64,000 nt of DNA from an uncultured Saprospiraceae bacterium (lineage in GTDB: Bacteria > Bacteroidota > Bacteroidia > Chitinophagales > Saprospiraceae). The stretch covers positions 1,056 through 65,055 of the forward strand of contig CALCSX010000173.1 in NCBI GenBank assembly GCA_937894165.1. Reading direction: 5' to 3'. Made by a program: the position numbers and the translations under genes. Below the pieces are notes generated by a model. That model made no database searches, was not told the DNA's origin, and saw only the letters and a program-made list of their open reading frames with translations. Within the stretch, counting starts at the first letter, position 1; every line of letters starts with the position of its first letter. This document shows, piece by piece, positions 10,964 to 20,512 of the stretch.

Positions 10964-12211
10964 TTATTCTTCTTCCTCAAATTCAGCTGCTAAAATTTCT
11001 AACACATTCTTAATGGTTTCCACTTCCAAGTCCGTTCTTCTTTCTAACTCCTCTACTGAAAGTCTCAACACACTTTTCGCAGTATCACAGCCAATTCCTT
11101 CCAATTGCTTGATTACCCACTCATCAATTTCATCTCTGAATTCGATCAAATCAACATCCTCGACATCATAAACATTTTGTTGTCCTTCAGTCTGCACATT
11201 GATCTCATAGCCTGTCAATCTGGAAGCCAATTTTATATTCGACCCACCCTTACCAATAGCGAGGGATACCTGATCGGATGGCAAATAGACCATTGCTCTT
11301 TTCCTTTCCTCATCAATGGCTACACTCGACACTTTCGCAGGAGTGAGCGATCTTTGAATATACAAAACAATATTAGTCGTATAGTTGACAATATCTATAT
11401 TTTCATTTCTCAACTCACGAACTATACCATGAATTCTCGAACCTTTCATACCCACACATGCTCCCACGGGATCAACTCTATCATCGTATGATTCAACAGC
11501 TACTTTAGCTCTGTCACCCGGAATTCTTTCAATATGCTTAATGGTTATTAAACCATCTTCTATCTCAGGAACTTCCTGCTCCATTAATTTCTCCAAAAAT
11601 AAAGGACTCGTACGAGAAATAGAAACAATTGGATTATTATTTACCATTTCTACATTCGTAATAACAGCTTTAACCAATTCGCCTTTTCTGTAATGATCAC
11701 CTCTGATCATCTCTAATCTTGGGAGAATCAATTCATTTCCGGTGGCATCATCAAGAACCAATAATTCTCTTTTCAAAACCTGATGTACTTCACAAATAAC
11801 CAAATCTCCAACTCTGTCTACATATCTTTTGTAAACCTCATCCTTCTCCAATTCCATCAAACGTGACATCAATGTCTGACGAGCAGCCATAATTGACCTT
11901 CTTCCGAACTCTTCTAACTCCAACTTCTGATAACACTCATCTCCTATCTCATTGTCCTCATCAATCATCTGTGCCTCGCTATAAGATATCTGGCTTCTAT
12001 CATCCGTAACCTCTCCATCGGATACCACCATACGCTTCCTCCAAAGTTCCAAATCTCCCTTCTGAGTATTTACTATTACTTCGAAATTCTCGTCTGTACC
12101 GTATTTCTTTCTGATCAATGTCAAAAATACATCTTCCAATACCCTAACTGTCGTAGGACGATCAATGTTTCTGCTGTCTTTAAAGTCTGAAAAAATTTCA
12201 ACCAGATTCAT
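10964..12211 (-). CDS. nusA: Transcription termination/antitermination factor NusA
   Basis: 415-aa ORF with S1 and KH blocks, including 'GACVGMKGSRIHGIVREL' and 'SLAIGKGGSNIKLASRLTG'. It sits between rimP and infB. Confidence 0.95.
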   Translation of the reverse strand: MNLVEIFSDFKDSRNIDRPTTVRVLEDVFLTLIRKKYGTDENFEVIVNTQKGDLELWRKRMVVSDGEVTDDRSQISYSEAQMIDEDNEIGDECYQKLELEEFGRRSIMAARQTLMSRLMELEKDEVYKRYVDRVGDLVICEVHQVLKRELLVLDDATGNELILPRLEMIRGDHYRKGELVKAVITNVEMVNNNPIVSISRTSPLFLEKLMEQEVPEIEDGLITIKHIERIPGDRAKVAVESYDDRVDPVGACVGMKGSRIHGIVRELRNENIDIVNYTTNIVLYIQRSLTPAKVSSVAIDEERKRAMVYLPSDQVSLAIGKGGSNIKLASRLTGYEINVQTEGQQNVYDVEDVDLIEFRDEIDEWVIKQLEGIGCDTAKSVLRLSVEELERRTDLEVETIKNVLEILAAEFEEEE

Positions 12212-12229
12212 ATTCTGTTATATTAATAC

Positions 12230-12700
12230 TTAAAATTCAATTTTTATAATAGCTCTTTTGATATCCTCAAAGGGTATCTCATGCTTCACAATTACTTTCT
12301 TCTTTTTTTTGCCTTCTTTTTCCACTACTTCATTCTCAAAAATGACGTTTTCACCTTCCACAGCTATTAATTTTGCTTCTAACTTCGCATCATTGCTATT
12401 CCGCAAAATTTCAAAATTACGACCGATATTCTTCGCATATTGCCGCAACATCACCAATGGTCTTGAAATCCCCGGAGATGATACATCCAAAGTATAGGCC
12501 TCGCCCAAAACCTTGCTTTCATCCAAATAACTCTCTATGCACCGTGAAACTTTGCGACATTTCAAAAAAGTAACACCCTCATCAGCATCCATGAAGACCT
12601 CTACCTTATGACCCTTTATAGAAATATCGACGATATAACAATCGACCAATTCCTCCTTTTCTATAGCTTCTTCAGCTAATTCTCTAATCTTTATTTCCAT
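12230..12700 (-). CDS. rimP: Ribosome maturation factor RimP
   Basis: 156-aa ORF immediately upstream of nusA. 'YTLDVSSPGISRPL' is the RimP signature. Confidence 0.85.
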   Translation of the reverse strand: MEIKIRELAEEAIEKEELVDCYIVDISIKGHKVEVFMDADEGVTFLKCRKVSRCIESYLDESKVLGEAYTLDVSSPGISRPLVMLRQYAKNIGRNFEILRNSNDAKLEAKLIAVEGENVIFENEVVEKEGKKKKKVIVKHEIPFEDIKRAIIKIEF

Positions 12701-12774
12701 AAAATAGTTCCATTGTGGCCAAGAAAAAAGGGAACCTTTAAAGTTCCCTCTATCAAGAGATATACAATTTGTCG

Positions 12775-12782
12775 CAAAGATA
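12775..12782 (-). promoter_or_regulatory. Candidate Bacteroidota -7 promoter box (TATCTTTG) for rimP-nusA-infB
   Basis: The reverse complement reads TATCTTTG, which fits TAnnTTTG. It lies about 75 nt upstream of the rimP ATG. No experimental support. Confidence 0.3.
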
Positions 12783-12864
12783 ACACTTTTTAAAGATTTA
12801 TCAACAGTTTTGACTTAATTTAGTTATATATTTAGGTTTTATACTTAGAAAATAAAGTTTCTCA

Positions 12865-12872
12865 TATTTTTG
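12865..12872 (+). promoter_or_regulatory. Candidate -7 promoter box (TATTTTTG) for the radical-SAM gene
   Basis: It fits TAnnTTTG and lies about 50 nt upstream of the ATG at 12922. Confidence 0.3.
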
Positions 12873-12921
12873 CCGCTCCAAATGGAGTCAAAGTTGTGAA
12901 AAGCTTGAAAATAATAATGTA

Positions 12922-14064
12922 ATGAAGTGTAGTGAGATTTTGGGAAGAGCCCTGAAAAAAGATTTTTTGACTGTAGAGGAGGGTCAATTCCTATTTGAGA
13001 ATGCCTCCACAGCCGAGTTGATGTACGTGGCCAATAAACTTAGACTTGAAAAACATCCGGACAACATCGTCACCTGGATTATTGACCGAAATTCCAACAC
13101 CACCAACGTCTGTGTGGCCAATTGTAAGTTTTGCAATTTCTTTAGAAGACCCGGACACGAGGAATCTTACATAACCTCAATAGAAGAATACAAAGTCAAA
13201 ATTGAAGAGACCTTTGCCTACGGTGGGGAACAACTTCTCCTGCAAGGTGGACACCATCCCGATTTAGGCTTGGATTACTATGCGCAACTATTCAGTGAAT
13301 TAAAAACACTGTATCCAAATCTAAAATTGCATGCGCTAGGTCCACCGGAAATAGCTCATATTGCTAAAATCGGAAAACATTCCCATCATCACGTCCTCAA
13401 AACTCTAAAAGAAGCCGGACTCGACTCACTTCCCGGCGCAGGGGCAGAGATTCTAGATGATCAGGTTCGCAGATTAATCTCCAAAGGCAAATGCGGTTCT
13501 CAGGAATGGCTGGACATAATGCATGAAGCGCACAAGTTAGAACTGACCACCTCTGCTACAATGATGTTCGGCCACATCGAAACTAATAAACAGCGTTTCG
13601 AACATCTCGTAAAAATCAGGGAAGTTCAGAGTAAAAAACCGGTTAATTCAGTAGGATTTTTAAGTTTTATTCCCTGGCCATTTCAAGACGAGGATACATT
13701 GCTGAAAAAATTAAAGCGCGCCAGAAATAATGTCACCGGGGATGAATACATAAGGATGATTGCTATGAGCAGAATTATGTTACCTAATATTCAAAATATT
13801 CAGGCTTCATGGCTGACGGTGGGGAAGACTGTAGCACAGATTTGCTTGCATTCCGGCGCAAATGACTTTGGATCTATAATGATTGAAGAAAATGTCGTAT
13901 CAGCTGCAGGAGCACCTTTCAGATTTACCGCCAATGGCATTCAGGAGGCTATTAAAGAAGCCGGATTTACCCCAAAACTGAGAAATCAACAATTTCAATA
14001 CAGAGATTTACCGGAAAATATTAAACAACAAGAATTCGACAGAAATAGAATAGTTGTAGATTAA
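12922..14064 (+). CDS. Radical SAM enzyme of the CofH/MqnC/MqnE family (futalosine-route menaquinone biosynthesis)
   Basis: 380-aa ORF. 'NVCVANCKFCNF' is the CxxxCxxC cluster. 'EAGLDSLPGAGAEILDD' and 'TSATMMFGHIET' are typical family blocks. I cannot separate MqnC from MqnE by eye. Confidence 0.7.
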   Translation: MKCSEILGRALKKDFLTVEEGQFLFENASTAELMYVANKLRLEKHPDNIVTWIIDRNSNTTNVCVANCKFCNFFRRPGHEESYITSIEEYKVKIEETFAYGGEQLLLQGGHHPDLGLDYYAQLFSELKTLYPNLKLHALGPPEIAHIAKIGKHSHHHVLKTLKEAGLDSLPGAGAEILDDQVRRLISKGKCGSQEWLDIMHEAHKLELTTSATMMFGHIETNKQRFEHLVKIREVQSKKPVNSVGFLSFIPWPFQDEDTLLKKLKRARNNVTGDEYIRMIAMSRIMLPNIQNIQASWLTVGKTVAQICLHSGANDFGSIMIEENVVSAAGAPFRFTANGIQEAIKEAGFTPKLRNQQFQYRDLPENIKQQEFDRNRIVVD

Positions 14065-14127
14065 TATTTGGGCGTCTCCCTGAGAAACTAAAAGTATCTA
14101 TTTTATAAATAGAATTCAACTATGTTT

Positions 14128-14159
14128 CTCAGGGTCGGCGTATTTCGGAGTTCCGTACT
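14128..14159. repeat. Intergenic motif copy A: CTCAGGGTCG-N9-GGAGTTCCGT
   Basis: Both 10-mers are identical, with identical 9-nt spacing, to the copy at 40892-40923. Both copies lie between convergent genes. Confidence 0.8.
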
Positions 14160-14277
14160 TCCCTTCGGTTCGCACACTGCCTTCCCGGCAGTTCCTACAT
14201 ATGCCTGACGCAAGATCAAATACCGAAGCATGGTAATCTAATAATTCAAAATTTCATTTTCGTGAGATAGCGTAAAT

Positions 14278-14733
14278 CTACTCTTCTTCACTTCCTCCAT
14301 CCTGCACATCAGCATCTTTTTCTTCACTATTACCTTCCTCCTCTTCACTGAAATCCAACATATTTTGGTCCTTAAGCAAATCGTACCATTTAATAACTTT
14401 TCTGATATCCTTATCGCTTACCTTATACTCATCATAATCAGGAAGTATGGTTTTGAAATAAGTTCTTAAATCAGTTGAACTAGCCTTGGAATCGACCGGC
14501 GGATTGTTTTCGTACTCCTCCTTCATTTTCTTAAAAACTTCAAACAGAGGTGTAGAATCTTCTATTGTATATATAGCTATCGTTTCCAAAGGTGTAAAAT
14601 TGTGCTTCCTTGCAGAAGCAAAGTGTACTTTTTTCGAAACCAAATCCTCCACCAAAAGGCCATTGTTTCTATTGGCTATCATTCGAAATAGACCCGGTAA
14701 TCCGGAAACTGCTAATACTGTTTGTAAACTCAT
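14278..14733 (-). CDS. Conserved hypothetical protein (DUF5606-like) with an acidic C-terminal tail
   Basis: 151-aa ORF. The N-terminus 'LQTVLAVSGLPGLFRMIANRNNGLLVEDL' resembles Bacteroidota DUF5606 proteins (recalled, not searched). It starts 9 nt downstream of the E1 gene stop. Confidence 0.45.
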   Translation of the reverse strand: MSLQTVLAVSGLPGLFRMIANRNNGLLVEDLVSKKVHFASARKHNFTPLETIAIYTIEDSTPLFEVFKKMKEEYENNPPVDSKASSTDLRTYFKTILPDYDEYKVSDKDIRKVIKWYDLLKDQNMLDFSEEEEGNSEEKDADVQDGGSEEE

Positions 14734-14742
14734 AATTAAATT

Positions 14743-16728
14743 TTAATATGCTAATAATTTTTCAATTTTCTCCTTTAATCTACCCTTCGGCATGTAAATT
14801 TCCTCCAGTTTTTTGGCAAAAGGTATGGGCGTATCTAAAGCCGCACATCTCATGACAGGTGCATCCAAATGTTCGAATAAATGTTCATTAATATAGGCGC
14901 TTATCTCCGCACCTATTCCTGCAAATAGCGAATCTTCATGTAAAATTAAGACTCGACCGGATTTCAATACATTTCTTTTGATTCCTTCATAATCAAGTGG
15001 AACTAATGTTCGCAAATCAATTATATCAGCACTAATTCCCATTTCATCACAAACTTCCTCTGCCCATACCACCCCCATTCCATAAGTAATTATACTGATT
15101 TCTTCCCCTACCTTGACCTGTCGTATTTTCCCAAAGGGCACATTGTAATAACCCTCCGGAACTTCACCACTGATAGCTCTGTATAAAGCTTTATGCTCAA
15201 AGTACATCACAGGATTTGGATCCTCAAAAGCAGTTATTAGCAATCCCTTTGCATCCTCAGGTGTTGACGGATAAACGATTTTCAAACCCGGTACATGGGC
15301 AAACCAAGCTTCCGTAGTTTGAGAATGAAAGGGTCCGGCGCCCACATTTCCGCCGCTGGGCATTCGAATCACAACATCTGCATTCTGACCCCAACGATAA
15401 TATATCTTAGCAAGATTATTTACAATCTGATTGAAACCACAAGTAACAAAATCCGAGAATTGCATTTCCACCATTGATTTCATGCCTTTGATACTCAATC
15501 CCAATGCCGCCCCTACAATAGCACTTTCGCACAATGGTGTATTTCTAACCCTGCCGCGACCATATTTCTGAACCATTCCATCGGTAATCTTAAATACACC
15601 TCCATACTCTGCTATATCTTGACCCATTAAAATAAGATTGTCCCATTTCATCATCGCCTCATTCAATCCATCGCTGATAGCATCTACAAATCTTAAAGAT
15701 TTCATTTGAATATCCTTCTCCACCTGCTTATAATCGAAGGGTGCATAGACGTCCTCTATCTCTTTCTCAATATTTGAATCAATTTCCTCCTCACCGTAAA
15801 TCTCCTCAATATCCTTATGTATCTGCGCTTTTTGCTCAGCTCTGATATAGATTATCTCTTCTTCGGTAAGAATTCCTTCCGATACCAGCCATTGCTCATA
15901 GTTACTAATGGGATCCTTCAACGCCCATTCATCCATCAATTCCTTTGGAACATATTTAGTTCCCGAAGCTTCCTCATGTCCTCTCATTCTGAATGTCATA
16001 CATTCCAATAGGATGGGCTCAGGATTCTCTCGAATTTCTTCAGCCAATCTTTTTATAGTACTATATACTTCCAGCAAATTGTTTCCATCGATACAATAGG
16101 ATCTCATCCCGTAGCCTTTGCCCTTAGAAGTTATATTTTCACAGATATATTGTTCATTGGTAGGGGTAGAAAGACCATATCCATTATTTTCAACTAAAAA
16201 TATGACCGGCAATTTCCAAACTGCCGCCACATTTAAAGCCTCATGAAACTCTCCTTGACTTGTGCCGCCCTCTCCCGTAAAAGCAAGAGATATTTTCTTT
16301 TCACCTTTCAATTTATTAGCTAGCGCTACCCCACCTGCCAAAGACAGTTGAGGCCCCAGGTGTGAAATCATCCCTACCACATTGAAATCCATACTACCGA
16401 AGTGGAAAGACCTCTCTCTGCCTTTTGAAAAACCATTCGCCTTCCCTTGCCACTGACTAAACAACCTTGTCAATGGAAATTTACGAGTAGTAAAAATGCC
16501 CAGGTTTCTATGCATACTAAAGATAACCTCATCCGGATCCAAAGCTAAGCCCACCCCAACAGAAATCGCCTCCTGCCCTATGCCTGAAAACCATTTAGAT
16601 ATACGACCTTGTCTGAGCAAAATCAGCATTTTCTCTTCAATCAGTCGCGGATATATGATTTGGGAGTAAAAATCTTTTAATTGTTGATCACTATAATCTG
16701 ATCTGTTAAAATTCATTGGTATTTTCAA
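14743..16728 (-). CDS. Fused 2-oxoacid dehydrogenase E1 component (alpha + beta subunits, TPP-dependent)
   Basis: 661-aa ORF. The N-terminal half carries the E1-alpha TPP motif region 'FTGEGGTSQGEFHEALNVAAVWKLPVIFLVENNGYGLST'. The C-terminal half is E1-beta/transketolase-like, with 'RVRNTPLCESAIVG' and 'GPFHSQ'. Confidence 0.85.
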   Translation of the reverse strand: MKIPMNFNRSDYSDQQLKDFYSQIIYPRLIEEKMLILLRQGRISKWFSGIGQEAISVGVGLALDPDEVIFSMHRNLGIFTTRKFPLTRLFSQWQGKANGFSKGRERSFHFGSMDFNVVGMISHLGPQLSLAGGVALANKLKGEKKISLAFTGEGGTSQGEFHEALNVAAVWKLPVIFLVENNGYGLSTPTNEQYICENITSKGKGYGMRSYCIDGNNLLEVYSTIKRLAEEIRENPEPILLECMTFRMRGHEEASGTKYVPKELMDEWALKDPISNYEQWLVSEGILTEEEIIYIRAEQKAQIHKDIEEIYGEEEIDSNIEKEIEDVYAPFDYKQVEKDIQMKSLRFVDAISDGLNEAMMKWDNLILMGQDIAEYGGVFKITDGMVQKYGRGRVRNTPLCESAIVGAALGLSIKGMKSMVEMQFSDFVTCGFNQIVNNLAKIYYRWGQNADVVIRMPSGGNVGAGPFHSQTTEAWFAHVPGLKIVYPSTPEDAKGLLITAFEDPNPVMYFEHKALYRAISGEVPEGYYNVPFGKIRQVKVGEEISIITYGMGVVWAEEVCDEMGISADIIDLRTLVPLDYEGIKRNVLKSGRVLILHEDSLFAGIGAEISAYINEHLFEHLDAPVMRCAALDTPIPFAKKLEEIYMPKGRLKEKIEKLLAY

Positions 16729-16945
16729 TTAGTCTGCAAATATCTAATTTTATTCTCATTTATATAATAAACCTTCTAAAATTCAATCTCCTTTATAAAA
16801 CTACAGAACTATTCTGAAACTTAGATGCTTCGAAATTGGATAATAAGGCTATTTGAAATTCATAAATCAATTAAGATTCCTCCATACTAAAGTCTACAGC
16901 ACAAAGAAATTAATTCCAAGTCATTGGTAATCAGAAAAAATCTCT

Positions 16946-19303
16946 CTAATTCTCAGGCTCTTCCTCACCACCCCGGTTAAATATTTTTCGGAAGGACTCT
17001 TTGACCCTTTCCCCGAAACCGGCTCGTGAGGTATCAATCGCTGTCGTATCGGAATCACTTCTACCACCACCAAACAAATTAAAAAACCAATTGTCCTCCA
17101 TATCAAAGAAAATAGGATCGCATTCCAAAGCAGCAGCCAATTCTTCAGACAAAGGTGGAAATGTTCGATTTTTTAAATACTCAAACTCCGGATCAGCCAA
17201 TAATTTATTAAAGAAAATACCCCACATTGGTAAGGCTGTCTTTGCCCCCGCTCCAAGTCTAGTTGATCGGAATCGAATTTCGGGATGCAGACCTCCTACC
17301 CACACACCGGCAATGAGGTCGGGCGTAAAACCAATAAACCAACCATCACTATTGTTTTGTGAAGTTCCGGTTTTACCTGCAATATCTATGCTATACAAAT
17401 TGTGCTTATATTTCAGCTCTCCAGCCGTACCATGATTTACGACGCCTCTCAACATCTCGGTAAGCTGTCTCACATGATCGCTTTTCACAACCCATTTATC
17501 TTCTACCACTTCCCGCTGTAACAAAACATTACCTTGACTATCTTCTACTCTCAAAAGATAGGTTTGGGGTGTTACCTTGCCTCTCATAGCAATCGCCGAA
17601 TAAACCTCCATTAATTCATGCAGTGTTCCATCGGCAGCACCGAGGGCTACGGCGGGTGAGCCGGGAAGTTCACTTTTAAAACCAAGCCTATGAGCCATGG
17701 AATTAATATTTCCAATGCCGGTTTCCATCGCTACCTTCACTGTGGGTACATTAATAGATCCGGCAAGAATTCCTGCGAAAGAGTATTTGCCACCATATTC
17801 GCCATCAGAATTTCTGGGAGTCCAGTTTTCAAATTCCGGATAGGAAACTAAATCATTATCAATATACTGACATGGATCAAGCCCTTTTTCCAATGCTGCG
17901 AGGAAAACAATTGGTTTAAAAACTGACCCAACCTGCCGTTTCACCTGCGTATGATCCAATTGAATAAACTTATGATTTATCCCACCCACAGTGGCTTTAA
18001 TTTCTCCGGTGGAAGGATCAGCCACCATAAATGCAGGCTCTAAATATTTTAAATAATGACTCAGTGAATCATAGGCTGAAATGTTATACACCTTCTCTCC
18101 TTCATAAGTAAATACTCTCGTCGGTCTTTTCAAGCGGAACAAAGAATCGATCTTATATTCAGAAAAGTTTTGTGCTACATATCCTTGGTAACGCTTGGAG
18201 GACAACATGGATCTCTTAATAAGTATAGTATCCTCCCAGGGCGCATTATCTCCATAGGTTCCTTCGAAAGTAGCCTGAAGGTTTTTCATGTGTTCAATGA
18301 CGGATTCTTCTGCATATTTTTGGATTTTGGGATCAATCGTAGTGTAAATCCTAAGTCCGTCCATGTATAAATTATAAGGTCGGCCATCAGGATGTTGCAA
18401 ATCCTTTAACATGCCGGGAAGCTCAATTCTAATCTTTTCTCTTAAATATGGCGCTAAGCCCGCACTCCCTTCATCACTTTTATAGTCCAGTTCAATTGGT
18501 AAAAGAGACAATGAATCTACCTCCGTTTCAGTCAAAAAATTGTATTTCTGCATTTGTAATAAAACAGTATTGCGGCGTTCTTTAGCTCGCTCCTGATTTA
18601 TCAAAGGATTATAACTAGTGGTGGCTTTTAGCATACCCACTAGGGTTGCAGATTGCTGCAAATTTAGATCTTCGGGCTGTGCATTGAAATAAGTTCGAGA
18701 TGCTGTCTTTAATCCAAAAACTGTTCCCCCAAGATTCACTGTATTCAGATACAATGTCAATATTTCCTCCTTAGTGTAAATATTCTCTAATCTTCTAGCG
18801 ACAATATTTTCTCTGATTTTCACAACGATCATCCTGAAAATTCCGGAGTCATCAGGTCTTCCCATTAAATTTTTCGCCAACTGCTGCGTCAAAGTGGAGC
18901 CCCCACCACCGGATTTGTCACCCATCAAAACCGATCTAAAAATTACACGGAGTAATGCCCTCGTATCTATACCTCTATGCTGATAAAATCTTATATCCTC
19001 AGTAGCTATTAGCGCATCCACTAGACCATCCGGAATTTCATCATAACGCAATTTATCACGGTTTTCAACATAATATTTCCCTAAAATACTGCTATCAGCT
19101 GCAAAAACAATTGAAGCCACAGGTTGCTTTATTTCTCTTAATTCTGATTTGCTAGGTAATTTTCCAAATGCTCCGGCATAAACTAATAAAATAAAAAGTA
19201 GTATTAGTGCGATAAATCCACCAATTATAATGCCTATCCACTTCAAAACTTGACGCGGTCTTAGTGTTTTTATCTTTTGTTTTATCTGATCAATTCTCGA
19301 CAT
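16946..19303 (-). CDS. mrcA: Class A penicillin-binding protein (PBP1A; glycosyltransferase + transpeptidase)
   Basis: 785-aa ORF with an N-terminal TM segment. GT51 motifs 'EDIRFYQHRGID' and 'GGSTLTQQLAKN' are present. Transpeptidase motifs 'GSVFKP' (SxxK) and 'KTGTS' are present. Confidence 0.9.
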   Translation of the reverse strand: MSRIDQIKQKIKTLRPRQVLKWIGIIIGGFIALILLFILLVYAGAFGKLPSKSELREIKQPVASIVFAADSSILGKYYVENRDKLRYDEIPDGLVDALIATEDIRFYQHRGIDTRALLRVIFRSVLMGDKSGGGGSTLTQQLAKNLMGRPDDSGIFRMIVVKIRENIVARRLENIYTKEEILTLYLNTVNLGGTVFGLKTASRTYFNAQPEDLNLQQSATLVGMLKATTSYNPLINQERAKERRNTVLLQMQKYNFLTETEVDSLSLLPIELDYKSDEGSAGLAPYLREKIRIELPGMLKDLQHPDGRPYNLYMDGLRIYTTIDPKIQKYAEESVIEHMKNLQATFEGTYGDNAPWEDTILIKRSMLSSKRYQGYVAQNFSEYKIDSLFRLKRPTRVFTYEGEKVYNISAYDSLSHYLKYLEPAFMVADPSTGEIKATVGGINHKFIQLDHTQVKRQVGSVFKPIVFLAALEKGLDPCQYIDNDLVSYPEFENWTPRNSDGEYGGKYSFAGILAGSINVPTVKVAMETGIGNINSMAHRLGFKSELPGSPAVALGAADGTLHELMEVYSAIAMRGKVTPQTYLLRVEDSQGNVLLQREVVEDKWVVKSDHVRQLTEMLRGVVNHGTAGELKYKHNLYSIDIAGKTGTSQNNSDGWFIGFTPDLIAGVWVGGLHPEIRFRSTRLGAGAKTALPMWGIFFNKLLADPEFEYLKNRTFPPLSEELAAALECDPIFFDMEDNWFFNLFGGGRSDSDTTAIDTSRAGFGERVKESFRKIFNRGGEEEPEN

Positions 19304-19336
19304 TGAATACTTCTTGTTTTAATCATAATTGGGACT

Positions 19337-19357
19337 AAAAGCCAAAAATAGGCTTTT
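19337..19357 (-). terminator. Weak hairpin between recO and the PBP1A gene
   Basis: 'aaaagcc-aaaaata-ggctttt' forms a 7-bp stem. The U-run lies mostly inside the stem. Its function is uncertain. Confidence 0.3.
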
Positions 19358-19459
19358 TAAAAATAATTAAATTGAACGCAAAATCAAATATATCTATTTT
19401 AATGGCATTATTTTCTCTTCTTTGAAAGTTTGATTTATGGATTGATATTAAATTTAATT

Positions 19460-20188
19460 TTAAACTGAAAAAACTTGATTAAAAATCTTATGTGAAGTAA
19501 TTTCACTCATATCGGTGAGATGAATTTTATAATAGTCCAGCATTTTATCCAATAAAATATTTCTAATTTCCTTGTCTACTTTTACTGCACTGCATCGGTT
19601 AAAATCCAGATGCATAATAGTCTTAAAACTTCCAGTCATCTCTTTATCCAGATAGTTGAAATGTCCGGGTATATGCTCCGCAAATGCTCCCTCTTCCAAA
19701 TCGAAATAATTGCCTTTTTCTTCTACTCTTAAGTTAGGTTCAAATCCCAAAAATTGAGACAATTTTATCAAGAAAATTAAAGGAAAATTTACCACACTCC
19801 TCGCCTCCAAATCCAAACTTATGAAGGCATTTTTTAGAAAATTAAATAAATCAATATTTTGCTCCTGTTCATGTATTGATTTGGCACAAATTTCAGAAAA
19901 GAAAAGACTGACGGCTCCTTTTGAGAGGTCAAATATTTCGCTTCTGTAATGATATCCCGGTCGAATTTCCTTAATACGATTGACAGAGTTTCCATCTTTG
20001 TGATAAACAACCATATCCACCAAAAAGCCGGGTTGAAATAATGCCGGACTTACCTTCGATTTTGGACTTCGCACACCATTTATCAAATAGGATCGCAAAC
20101 CAAACTTATTGGTATAAATAGAAGAAATAATACTCGATTCCCTATATTTTATAGTCTTAAAAACAATTCCTTGAAGATTTGCAAGCAT
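19460..20188 (-). CDS. recO: DNA repair protein RecO
   Basis: 242-aa ORF. The N-terminal OB-fold block 'GIVFKTIKYRESSIISSIYTNKFGLRSYLINGVRS' is typical of Bacteroidota RecO. Confidence 0.8.
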   Translation of the reverse strand: MLANLQGIVFKTIKYRESSIISSIYTNKFGLRSYLINGVRSPKSKVSPALFQPGFLVDMVVYHKDGNSVNRIKEIRPGYHYRSEIFDLSKGAVSLFFSEICAKSIHEQEQNIDLFNFLKNAFISLDLEARSVVNFPLIFLIKLSQFLGFEPNLRVEEKGNYFDLEEGAFAEHIPGHFNYLDKEMTGSFKTIMHLDFNRCSAVKVDKEIRNILLDKMLDYYKIHLTDMSEITSHKIFNQVFSV

Positions 20189-20189
20189 C

Positions 20190-20501
20190 CTAGTCTTCTA
20201 TATCAGACGGTTGATTCCTATATTTTTGGCGAGTTGCAAGTCTATTCTTTTGTCTCTCCAAAATTAAGGCAGCCAAGGCTCTAGGTGGGCTTATAGTATC
20301 TTGCCCTAGTAAAGCCTTTTTGATATCCACCTCCTTGACATCAAGTCTATAAAGGAGGGATAAGAAGTAATCTAATTTTTTATCCATAAGATAAGCTACT
20401 TTTTCGGTTAATGCGCTTAAAAATATTTCCTCCGAAATATAATCCTCTTCCATTTCTAGATCGTTCAAAAGAGCAGGAGGAAATACATTAAAATTAGACA
20501 T
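20190..20501 (-). CDS. Hypothetical protein (103 aa)
   Basis: The ORF is packed 11 nt after the GH3 gene and 1 nt before recO. It has no recognisable motif and a basic C-terminus, 'ERQKNRLATRQKYRNQ'. Confidence 0.5.
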   Translation of the reverse strand: MSNFNVFPPALLNDLEMEEDYISEEIFLSALTEKVAYLMDKKLDYFLSLLYRLDVKEVDIKKALLGQDTISPPRALAALILERQKNRLATRQKYRNQPSDIED

Positions 20502-20512
20502 TACAAATCATT

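Noticed and set aside
14130-14230. Possible SRP (4.5S) RNA on the minus strand. The evidence was 'GUCAGG', 'CUGCCGGGAAGGCAG' and 'CCGAAGGGAAGUACGG', which resemble the SRP helix-8 'GGUCCGGAAGGAAGCAGCC'.
   Set aside because: The GUCAGG word lies about 40 nt from the tetraloop-like segment instead of adjacent to it. The symmetric and asymmetric loop arrangement of helix 8 cannot be drawn, and no pairing of 5' and 3' ends is evident. I treat it as resemblance by composition only.
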